Assembly (NCBI GenBank): GCA_039818205.1
Contig: JBCBUK010000032.1
Span: 1-15,676, forward strand
Direction: 5' to 3'
Source of the DNA: Verrucomicrobiota bacterium
GTDB lineage: Bacteria; Verrucomicrobiota; Verrucomicrobiia; Opitutales; Cerasicoccaceae
DNA: 15,676 nt
Shown: piece by piece, positions 1 to 7,185 of the stretch
Position numbering within the stretch: position 1 is the stretch's first letter
Layout of the letters: the number at the start of each line of letters is the position of its first letter
Program-made: the position numbers and the translations under genes
The notes under the pieces: generated by a model
What the model was told of the DNA's origin: nothing
The model's database searches: none
What the model saw: the letters and a program-made list of their open reading frames with translations, nothing else

Positions 1-146
1 AGCCATGACTTCTGCGATGCCCGATCAGTAATCTTCGGCTTTGATTCGAAAGTCTGCCCTGCCCATTCGATATGGTGGGTATTGATCTGAACAAAGAATT
101 CTCGCCAGATCGGGATCAGCTTAGGACTGCCTCGGAATTGGATCAT
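1..146 (-). CDS. Hypothetical protein, 5' part only (runs off the window edge)
   Basis: ATG at 146 sits 2 nt after the TAG of the 149..1978 ORF. The frame is open to the edge (MIQFRGSPKLIPIWREFFVQINTHHIEWAGQ...). Confidence 0.55.
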   Translation of the reverse strand, partial: MIQFRGSPKLIPIWREFFVQINTHHIEWAGQTFESKPKITDRASQKSW

Positions 147-148
147 GT

Positions 149-1978
149 CTAAAAGCTCGTTACGCCTCCCGATGCGGTCCCGTCGTTGCCGTTGGGAGAC
201 ACGTCATAAACTTCGCCTGAACCGCCTAGGCTGTTCATCGGGTAGGCTGACGTGACGGCAGACGAATTATTCAGCGCCCAGGGGATCGCGCCCTCCTGAT
301 AAATCAAAGTTCGTTCAGACTCGGAAAGCGCCTTGTCTACCAGGATCAACTGCGAAACCATACCCGGATAATATGCTGCCGAATTGTTGATTGAGCCTAC
401 ATAAAGCGACGCGGCATTAGACAGGCTGGTCACTGCGGTTGGGTCAGCGGATCCCGTGGAGACGTTGTTTATATACAGCTTCATCCCGGTCGAACTGCTC
501 ACATCGACAATGGCCGTCACGTGGATCCATTGGCCATTATCTAAGCCCGATGAACTGACTACGGAAACATTCGTTGTTCCGTCGTTTAATCGGAATGTTA
601 TTGCACCGAGATTTGATATCGAAAAGTTAAAAGCAGGTGTGCCCGACTTTGAATAAAGCAAGCCGCTAGTTGCCGAAATATCCTTACAATTAATCCAAAA
701 CGCGACAGACCAATCCGTCGTCATATCTTGGTCGAAAATGTTGCCTAGGTTAATCGTCCCGTCGACACCATCCAGGTGGATACCCAATTGCGGCTTAGCA
801 ACGATCACACCCGCATTGTCCCAAGCGCTACCGCTGATGCCACCAGAGCTAAACTTAATGACATCTTCCCCCCCCTGCTCGAGCGTCCAAGAACCGCCAC
901 TCTTTAGCACCTGAACAAGGTCCAGGCTATCATTCGTCACCTTCTCACGCGTCGTGGGTCCAGTCAAAGGCGAAGGCAAACCGAGGTCGGTGCAAATCCA
1001 GTTGGCGAGGACCACGTTTGCGGCAATGTCCGCATGCGTGTCGTCGCGGGATAGTCCATACTTGCTAAGATTCGCCACCGCGCTGCCGAACGCTTCAAAG
1101 CCGCTATAGAACGCAAACTCGTGCTCCTCGCATTTCTCGAGCATGGCGTCATTGGTAGCCTGAGTCACCGAATCAGAGGCATCTAGAATGGTCGGTATCG
1201 GACCGAGTGCCGCGACGCTCGGATAACGGGTATTGTCTGCCGGCGCTCCACTCATCCAACCCGCAATAGCTTCGAGTGCCGCCGGTTGTTCAGAGCTCCC
1301 ACTGTCGGCAAAGGCGACCGTCAGCAAAGAGGGTTGAACTTCAGAAATGATTCCTTGGCCTACCCCATCAGCAAGGACAACCAAACTAGTGGACGGTTGC
1401 AGGCTGGAGACCGCAGCATCAATGATGATCACCTCGGGAACGTCGTCGCGATAGATCAAGCAACCCAAGACTTTGACCGTTCCGCTCGCACCCGTGACCT
1501 TTACGGCAATGTCTTCAGTAGTAGAGCGACGGATCGTTGCAACGGCAAGCGAGGTGGCCGCATCATCCGAGTCGACCGCTGAAAGTTCTGCCGAGAACCC
1601 CGAGGAAATGCTTGAATTGGAAACCTCAACATCAAAGGTTCCGCCGCCCGATTCTTTGACGTAAAGCACATCGATGCGGTTAGCATCAACGAGCGAATCG
1701 CCCTTCTGAAAAAAGGTTACGTCTTGCGCGCTCGGAATCGAAAAGTAAGTGCCACAAGGCGATATCGTATAGTCGGGAGTTGCAACCCGTTGGCCCCCGC
1801 CATCGTTTTTGACGTAGTGGGTAACGCTGGCTGAGTAATCGAAGTCCATGTAATGAGCAACCAGGACACCATCCTTTTCCGAGTTCGGACCATAGGCCCG
1901 ATTAGCTGGCACGATCTTATCGGGGCACTCGGTCGAGCTAAGCGTCGGCCCACTGAATGAGCGCCCGGAAAGTGGCAC
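149..1978 (-). CDS. C-terminal part of a large virion/tail-associated protein: SGNH-hydrolase-like region plus LamG/concanavalin-A-like domain
   Basis: LamG-like pattern (WSVAFWIN...WIHVTAIVD...KLYINN...LYVG...GMVSQLILVDKALSESE) and SGNH block V-like DDTH. No convincing start or RBS; the first ~20-28 codons probably belong to the opposite-strand gene. The SGNH block I (GDS) lies in the + ORF instead. Confidence 0.7.
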   Translation of the reverse strand: MPLSGRSFSGPTLSSTECPDKIVPANRAYGPNSEKDGVLVAHYMDFDYSASVTHYVKNDGGGQRVATPDYTISPCGTYFSIPSAQDVTFFQKGDSLVDANRIDVLYVKESGGGTFDVEVSNSSISSGFSAELSAVDSDDAATSLAVATIRRSTTEDIAVKVTGASGTVKVLGCLIYRDDVPEVIIIDAAVSSLQPSTSLVVLADGVGQGIISEVQPSLLTVAFADSGSSEQPAALEAIAGWMSGAPADNTRYPSVAALGPIPTILDASDSVTQATNDAMLEKCEEHEFAFYSGFEAFGSAVANLSKYGLSRDDTHADIAANVVLANWICTDLGLPSPLTGPTTREKVTNDSLDLVQVLKSGGSWTLEQGGEDVIKFSSGGISGSAWDNAGVIVAKPQLGIHLDGVDGTINLGNIFDQDMTTDWSVAFWINCKDISATSGLLYSKSGTPAFNFSISNLGAITFRLNDGTTNVSVVSSSGLDNGQWIHVTAIVDVSSSTGMKLYINNVSTGSADPTAVTSLSNAASLYVGSINNSAAYYPGMVSQLILVDKALSESERTLIYQEGAIPWALNNSSAVTSAYPMNSLGGSGEVYDVSPNGNDGTASGGVTSF

Positions 1979-2000
1979 CTGGGATTATTCTGCCGATGGC

Positions 2001-3050
2001 GTGGTGTTGACGGGTACGGCGGCGGGCTTGGATTTCGATATCTCTGCCACGGCTCTGAAGACGGCTATTGAAGCAAACATCACGCAAGTGGTTGGCGGCG
2101 CTGCTGTCGTGGTCAATGTGAGCTTACTTTCGCTCGGCTCATACCAGATTGAATACACGACGCCGGGCGCATCGGACATCCCCGAGGGTGCAATTGACGC
2201 CGATAGCCTTGTTCCGTTTTCGTATGGGACGGTTGAAGAGGTTCGCGCTGGTGCGGTCGGTCAGAATGCGCTTCACGTTGTTATCCTCCGGCAAGACATC
2301 TTGGCGTCTCAAGGCGTTTGGACAGCCAACACATCGGACCAGAACTGGACCGCTCGGCTCAATCTGAACACCGATGAGATGGTGCGTTTCGCCGCTTCGC
2401 AAGCGTCCGATGATTTCGAAGTCGCGATGCATATTCGCGTGAAGGATGGAAGCGGCAACCTTGTTACCGAAGAGCAAAAGACAATTGAGATAAGCGCTGG
2501 TGTGATCAACCCGTCAACGAGCACGCCGCGGGACAAGGCTAGCTATTATACGATTGAGCAGAGCGATGAGCGGTTTGCGCAATCGGCGGAGATTGAAGGC
2601 ACGCGCTATAAGAATCGCTGGCCACTTGCCAGTCTTCAGCGGTCGCTTGCTCTGGCGCAAAGCGATTCCAAAGACTACGAGGGTAGCGGATTTCGGATCA
2701 CTGCACGGACGATTTCAGCCGTCACCAATGCAAACCCGTGCGTTGTTACTCTGAGCTATGGAAGCGTCTTTGATGACTACCAAGACGGCGATTACGTGAT
2801 GTTTAGCGACGTTGGCGGAATGACTGAGCTAAATGGCAATGCCTATCAGATCACACGCTCCGGCGCTGATATTACCTTGACTGGGGTAGACTCTACGGCC
2901 TTTGGCACTTTCACGTCCGGCGGAAAGGCTCGGCGTCTGAATGATCAGCGGGTGCTGATTATGAACATGGGAGATTCGTTCAACGTCGAGAAAGCGTTTC
3001 GCTATGTTTCTGACTCACTAGCCCGCGCCAATGGCGATCCGAAAGCGTAA
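2001..3050 (+). CDS. Internal/N-terminal fragment of a phage structural protein with an E1-FCCH-like beta domain and SGNH block I; inverted relative to its neighbours
   Basis: Frame is open from 1896 and reads as protein before the GTG (HSVELSVGPLNERPESGTWDY). FCCH-like motif ISAVTNANPCVVT...DGDYVMFSDVGGMTELNGNAYQI...DSTAFGTFTSGG. Ends shortly after LIMNMGDS. Confidence 0.75.
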   Translation: MVLTGTAAGLDFDISATALKTAIEANITQVVGGAAVVVNVSLLSLGSYQIEYTTPGASDIPEGAIDADSLVPFSYGTVEEVRAGAVGQNALHVVILRQDILASQGVWTANTSDQNWTARLNLNTDEMVRFAASQASDDFEVAMHIRVKDGSGNLVTEEQKTIEISAGVINPSTSTPRDKASYYTIEQSDERFAQSAEIEGTRYKNRWPLASLQRSLALAQSDSKDYEGSGFRITARTISAVTNANPCVVTLSYGSVFDDYQDGDYVMFSDVGGMTELNGNAYQITRSGADITLTGVDSTAFGTFTSGGKARRLNDQRVLIMNMGDSFNVEKAFRYVSDSLARANGDPKA

Positions 3051-3123
3051 ACGAAGACGCTACCCCAATATTAACGGCGGCTTGCTGGCTCGCCTCAATG
3101 GCCCATTTCAGCGGATTCTCCAT
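2980..3123 (-). pseudogene. Truncated first post-capsid gene (MENPLKWAIEASQQAAVNIGVASSFTLSD..., 47 codons), head-tail connector position
   Basis: ATG at 3123 follows the capsid terminator and carries the GTTGAC-N14-ATG motif seen at four other gene starts. The ORF stops after running into the inverted segment. Confidence 0.5.
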
Positions 3124-3143
3124 ACCCATTCCAACTCGTCAAC
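3121..3143 (-). promoter_or_regulatory. GTTGAC-N14-ATG start-associated motif (copy 1)
   Basis: GTTGAC GAGTTGGAATGGGT ATG, directly after the terminator. Confidence 0.6.
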
Positions 3144-3149
3144 TAGGCC

Positions 3150-3181
3150 AAAAACAGGGCCGCCCATATTTGGGCGACCCT
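3150..3181 (-). terminator. Rho-independent terminator after the major capsid gene
   Basis: AGGGTCGCCCA-AATA-TGGGCGGCCCT (11-bp stem, one G-U pair) followed by GTTTTT on the minus strand. Confidence 0.8.
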
Positions 3182-3213
3182 TGGAGGCGGTATTATCTAC
3201 GGTGGGAATAAAT

Positions 3214-4092
3214 TTATGCGGAAACCGCAAGCGCACCAGTGCCCGCGCCAACAGCGCCGTAGGCAGAACCAAAGCAGAGATCAAACGATGCCCAGCGTGC
3301 CCGAGTTGCCCGGCTTACCCATTGGTTGAACTCAACCGACAAGCCAAGATCAGGCAGCTCGATCACCTGTTGAGACGTCATGTCCGAACTCACACTTTCG
3401 TGCATATCAGGACGGCGACCGACGGCAGCAATCGCTTGCGGCGAACAGGCAAAGCCATAGGCATTAGTCTCAGCGGCCGACCAGCGCGAAGTATGAATGA
3501 TCTCATCAAAACCATACGCACCAGCAAAGCGCCCAGCGCTTACCTGGAAGCTGTCGGTATTCGTTGGCAACAGCTTCGAGAAAGCGACACCATCAAGGTA
3601 AAGGAACTTTTGATCGGTATCCTCAATCGCGGCCCAAAGATCCTGAATCTCACTGGTGCCAAAAGCACTTTGCGCACCTGTGTGCGCGGCGGCACCGAAG
3701 TTGGCGGCCGTAAGGTTTGCGAACACCCGATCATGGATCGCGTTGGCAAACGTGTCGAGATTGATCACCATTTGGCGCTCGAACTTCTGCGATTGCTGCA
3801 ACTCAACCGAGGTCAAATGGAAACTCTTGGAAATGTGCTCGGGCTGGATCAACACACTGCCTACAGTGGTGTCTCCGGTTTCAAAACTGGATGGGTTAAC
3901 CTGAACCGAACCGGTGCCGGTCGCAATCGCAACCCGAATCGGCTGCAACGTTCCGTCAGCAGTGCGAACGGCAGGATCAGCGGAAAAGTCCATCGTCAAT
4001 CCGCGGAGTGTAGCAAGGCGATTGTTCAAAACCGTCAAGCCCTTATCCGCGACGATATCAGCAATCAGATCCGCGCTAAGTGTATTGGCCAT
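3214..4092 (-). CDS. Major capsid protein (292 aa, probable HK97 fold)
   Basis: Lies directly after the prohead protease, starts MANTL, has an AT-rich leader, is Ala/Gly/Ser-rich and is followed by a strong terminator. Confidence 0.8.
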   Translation of the reverse strand: MANTLSADLIADIVADKGLTVLNNRLATLRGLTMDFSADPAVRTADGTLQPIRVAIATGTGSVQVNPSSFETGDTTVGSVLIQPEHISKSFHLTSVELQQSQKFERQMVINLDTFANAIHDRVFANLTAANFGAAAHTGAQSAFGTSEIQDLWAAIEDTDQKFLYLDGVAFSKLLPTNTDSFQVSAGRFAGAYGFDEIIHTSRWSAAETNAYGFACSPQAIAAVGRRPDMHESVSSDMTSQQVIELPDLGLSVEFNQWVSRATRARWASFDLCFGSAYGAVGAGTGALAVSA

Positions 4093-4131
4093 AATATTAT
4101 TGCAATAGGATGTTAGTGAATGCAGCCTTGC

Positions 4132-5232
4132 TTAACTTTGCTGCGTGAAATCGATTTCGGGGTGCGATTCGCGAAACTTCTTGCGCGCCTCGCCCGGTGC
4201 CATTTTGGCGTATTCAGCAATCAGCTGAGCATTACCCCGAGGGGCCGCGTCAACCGCGCCCGTAACCGGAGGCACGCCCAGCTCGCCCAATTGTTGGACA
4301 ACGCGGCTAGAAAGTGATTCCTCCATGCGCTCCAGCGCGGCGGCATGATCAAGTTTCATTTGCTGGCTTGCCGCGGAAAGCGCATCCCGCTCGGACTCAA
4401 GATCCTTTGCACATTCCTGCGCAACCGCCAAACTCGCATGCAGTCCGTCATTCTCCTCGCGGAGACTGAAGATTGCTTCCGCATTGTCGGCAAGTTGCTG
4501 GAGGTTGCCACGCTGCTCAGCTTGGAGGCGCTTCACGTAGCGATCCAGCCGCTCGCGAGTCATCTCGCCAGGCTCGGGCTGATCCTCCGCCTTCGCGGTG
4601 ATGTCTGAAAAGTTCTCCGGAAGCTTCAGCTCAGAGAGCACGCCGCCAAAATCATCGAGCGCCACCGCCCGGGATTCGTGGGTGATCTCATCAATGAATC
4701 CGTGTTCCTTCGCCTCGGACGCAGTGAAGTATGTTTCTTCATCCATCCACTTTGAAATCTGCTCCTCAGTCTGCCCGGACTTGGCCGCGTAAACGTCAAC
4801 CGCATCGGCTTTCATTTTGTCGAGCAGGTCGGCCTCTTTGCGCAGATCATCAGCCTCGCCGATCCCAACCGATTTCGGGTTGTGAATCATGTAAAGTGAA
4901 TTCGCGGCCATCCGCACCTCAGTACCAGCCAAAGCGATGATCGAGGCCATGCTTGCTGCCAGACCTTCAATCTGCGTCACAACGCGGGCCGGATGGGAAA
5001 GAATTGCATTGTAGATCGCGTTACCGTGCATAACGGATCCACCCGGGCTATTAACGTGCAGAACGATCTCTTGCACATCGCCGAGCGAGTTAAGCTCATC
5101 AATGAAGCCCTTGGCCTCAACGCCGCCGCCAAAAAAATCTTGGCCAATGACATCATAGATATAGATGTCTGCCGAATTCGATTCGGCGGTATGTTCCATC
5201 CGGAACCAAGGACGATTTTGATTTTTGCTCAT
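4132..5232 (-). CDS. ClpP-type (S14) prohead maturation protease with a C-terminal coiled-coil scaffold-like extension
   Basis: IYIYDVIG, VNSPGGSV, GLAASMAS (catalytic Ser), MIHNP (His), ETYFTASEAKEHGFIDEI, then ~150 aa rich in A/E/L/Q. Start placed at ATG 5232 (MSKNQNRPWF) from the GTTGAC motif. Confidence 0.92.
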   Translation of the reverse strand: MSKNQNRPWFRMEHTAESNSADIYIYDVIGQDFFGGGVEAKGFIDELNSLGDVQEIVLHVNSPGGSVMHGNAIYNAILSHPARVVTQIEGLAASMASIIALAGTEVRMAANSLYMIHNPKSVGIGEADDLRKEADLLDKMKADAVDVYAAKSGQTEEQISKWMDEETYFTASEAKEHGFIDEITHESRAVALDDFGGVLSELKLPENFSDITAKAEDQPEPGEMTRERLDRYVKRLQAEQRGNLQQLADNAEAIFSLREENDGLHASLAVAQECAKDLESERDALSAASQQMKLDHAAALERMEESLSSRVVQQLGELGVPPVTGAVDAAPRGNAQLIAEYAKMAPGEARKKFRESHPEIDFTQQS

Positions 5233-5253
5233 GTCCTCGGCGGCATTGTCAAC
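5230..5253 (-). promoter_or_regulatory. GTTGAC-N15-ATG motif (copy 2)
   Basis: GTTGAC AATGCCGCCGAGGAC ATG, just after the portal terminator. Confidence 0.65.
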
Positions 5254-5266
5254 CCCGGCAGCGGGC

Positions 5267-5300
5267 AAAGAAAATGCCGGGCACTATCCGCACCCGGCAC
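5267..5300 (-). terminator. Rho-independent terminator after the portal gene
   Basis: GTGCCGGGTGC-GGATA-GTGCCCGGCAT (11-bp stem with G-U pairs that form only on the minus-strand RNA) followed by TTTCTTT. Confidence 0.7.
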
Positions 5301-5328
5301 ACTCAACAAACAAAACATACATGAACAC

Positions 5329-6828
5329 CTAATCCGATTCGTCAACCGCGGGCGCTGATGCTCCCGGCGGCGCGTCGCCCGGCTTCGAAAATGTTCCGAG
5401 TTCATCCGGATCTAAACCGCGCTCCTCGGCCAATTGCTTTTTGTAGTCGAGATAGTCCGCCTGCTCGGAAAGAATTGCTTTCGCGTCGAGGTTTCGCATC
5501 TCACACGCCTCGGGCACACTCAACAAACCGGCGCGAATATCCTCGCGGATTTCCTGGTGATACTTCCCGTCGTCGACCGTAAAGCGAGCGGGACGGGAAA
5601 ACCCAAGCTCAAACCAATCGGACGGCAGGGCCGACCAACCAGGATCGTATGAACCGGCAACGCGCAGCTTTTCAAACTTCGCCACAATGTAGACCGCCGC
5701 GCGCGTCCAAGCGCCCAGCAAGAGATCACCACGGTCAAAAACAATTCCGTTGATGTCACTTTGGAAAGCGCGCACCCCAGCGCCGCCGACCTCACTTGAA
5801 TCAACCATTTCGCGCCGCCAATTTATACCATAGAGCGCGCGACTCTCCACCAGTTTATCAAATTCCAACTGCCCGTTTGATGGGTCGTTCGCGGTATGAG
5901 GCTGAATCTTATTGCCGTTTCGAATATAGCGGATCATCCCGCCTTCAATTAGCTCCGTTTGCAGCTGACGATTCACCGGGGAATATCCGCCGACCGCTTG
6001 CCGACCGGTATCGGTTTTACCCTGCTCGTTACTCTCAATCAGCGTCAACGCACTATGAACCTTTTGCTTGATTCGCTGCAGATCCCGCGACTCTTTCAAA
6101 TCGTAGAATGAAAGAAGTCCGTATGATATTGGCGGGATCCCGCGACCCTGGCTGAACCAAACCGGATCGTAAACATGAATCATATCCCGGGCCGAAATGT
6201 CTTCGAAGTTTTCTTCATCCAACATCAAACGATAGGCCACCGGATGGGCTTGCTTGTTGTAGATGATGCCATTTCGAATCATCAGCCCCTTATATGGCCC
6301 CGCCTCGATCTCAGACTCCAAAGGCAAGGTCTTAGGCTGACCAATGCGGTGACTTTCCAAAAACTGAAGTCGCGGAAACCCGCTCTCGGCTTCCGTAAGC
6401 AGAATAAAGAATTCACCATCAACATCGAGCAGCTTGCTCGCAATCCGGATGTTCTTGCGAAAACTAAAGGGAGCACCCCGCACATCCAGCACACCATCAA
6501 TTCGACGGAAAAGCTTATGGACAGCATCACGGAAATCATCGGCTTCGCCGTCATACTTTAAGCGCCAAGCCCGCCCGTACACATAGCGGGATTTCTGGTG
6601 AACCGCACCCGCAACAGTGTCGCTGGATTGATAGATAAAACGACCATCCGCAAGCATTATCCGGTGCTTGTGGCGCGAGACCAAGTTCACGATATCGTCA
6701 TCAAGTCGGGGCCGGTTAGCATGATAGCCGTCGCGCTGAGTGTCCGGCAGAAGCCCGGACCCCGAAAAGGTAAACCCGAGACCCTTCTTTGCCCGTTTGA
6801 AAAATCCTGAAATTGCCTTGCGCGCCAT
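5329..6828 (-). CDS. Portal protein, lambda (gpB) family
   Basis: 499 aa between terL and the protease. Motifs DVDGEFFI, PRLQFLESHRI, NGIIYNKQAHPVAY, MIHVYDP..SQGRGIP, and C-terminal IRAGLLS are typical of lambda-family portals. Confidence 0.9.
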   Translation of the reverse strand: MARKAISGFFKRAKKGLGFTFSGSGLLPDTQRDGYHANRPRLDDDIVNLVSRHKHRIMLADGRFIYQSSDTVAGAVHQKSRYVYGRAWRLKYDGEADDFRDAVHKLFRRIDGVLDVRGAPFSFRKNIRIASKLLDVDGEFFILLTEAESGFPRLQFLESHRIGQPKTLPLESEIEAGPYKGLMIRNGIIYNKQAHPVAYRLMLDEENFEDISARDMIHVYDPVWFSQGRGIPPISYGLLSFYDLKESRDLQRIKQKVHSALTLIESNEQGKTDTGRQAVGGYSPVNRQLQTELIEGGMIRYIRNGNKIQPHTANDPSNGQLEFDKLVESRALYGINWRREMVDSSEVGGAGVRAFQSDINGIVFDRGDLLLGAWTRAAVYIVAKFEKLRVAGSYDPGWSALPSDWFELGFSRPARFTVDDGKYHQEIREDIRAGLLSVPEACEMRNLDAKAILSEQADYLDYKKQLAEERGLDPDELGTFSKPGDAPPGASAPAVDESD

Positions 6829-6849
6829 ATCCGCAAGGACCGCGTCAAC
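6826..6849 (-). promoter_or_regulatory. GTTGAC-N15-ATG motif (copy 3)
   Basis: TAG|GTTGAC GCGGTCCTTGCGGAT ATG. The motif plus spacer fills the whole intergenic gap. Confidence 0.65.
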
Positions 6850-7164
6850 CTACCGACGAAAAACCACGCTCGTGCGGTCGGTCAACTCGCCGGCCGAATC
6901 GCGCAACCAGGTTTCCAACTCGTCGTCAGTGAAACCACTAACCACCCGCCAGGCAGTGTATGCTAGATCATTGATGCGCTCCGAGGCGTAGCCGTCCGGA
7001 ACATTGAATGTTGTCGTCTGACCGGCCAGCGTAAAAGACGCCACTTGCGAACCGCCATTTTTGAAGGTCGAATACTGACCCATCGACAACACCTCGAGCG
7101 CCGCAATCGTCGATTGCACATTTTTGCCCACACTTACCCAAATCGAAAAAACGAGTGATCGCAT
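6850..7164 (-). CDS. Small head-associated protein in the lambda gpW (head-tail joining) position, 104 aa
   Basis: Between terL and portal. ATG 7164 (MRSLVFSIW) avoids overlap with terL and carries the GTTGAC motif. Function inferred from synteny only. Confidence 0.7.
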   Translation of the reverse strand: MRSLVFSIWVSVGKNVQSTIAALEVLSMGQYSTFKNGGSQVASFTLAGQTTTFNVPDGYASERINDLAYTAWRVVSGFTDDELETWLRDSAGELTDRTSVVFRR

Positions 7165-7185
7165 GCCTATGAGTTGGGCGTCAAC
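7162..7185 (-). promoter_or_regulatory. GTTGAC-N15-ATG motif (copy 4)
   Basis: GTTGAC GCCCAACTCATAGGC ATG. The TGA inside the hexamer is the terL stop codon. Confidence 0.65.

Noticed and set aside
2990..3048. 8-bp direct repeat GAAAGCGT near the right junction
   Set aside because: Short and direct, so it cannot explain an inversion; probably chance.
3031..4116. 361-aa + ORF
   Set aside because: Antisense shadow of the capsid gene; Arg-rich, with no motifs or RBS.
4230..5346. Other GTTGAC hexamers (e.g. 4249, 4795, 5341)
   Set aside because: They are Val-Asp codons inside genes and are not 14-15 nt from a credible start; any nearby ATG opens only a few codons.
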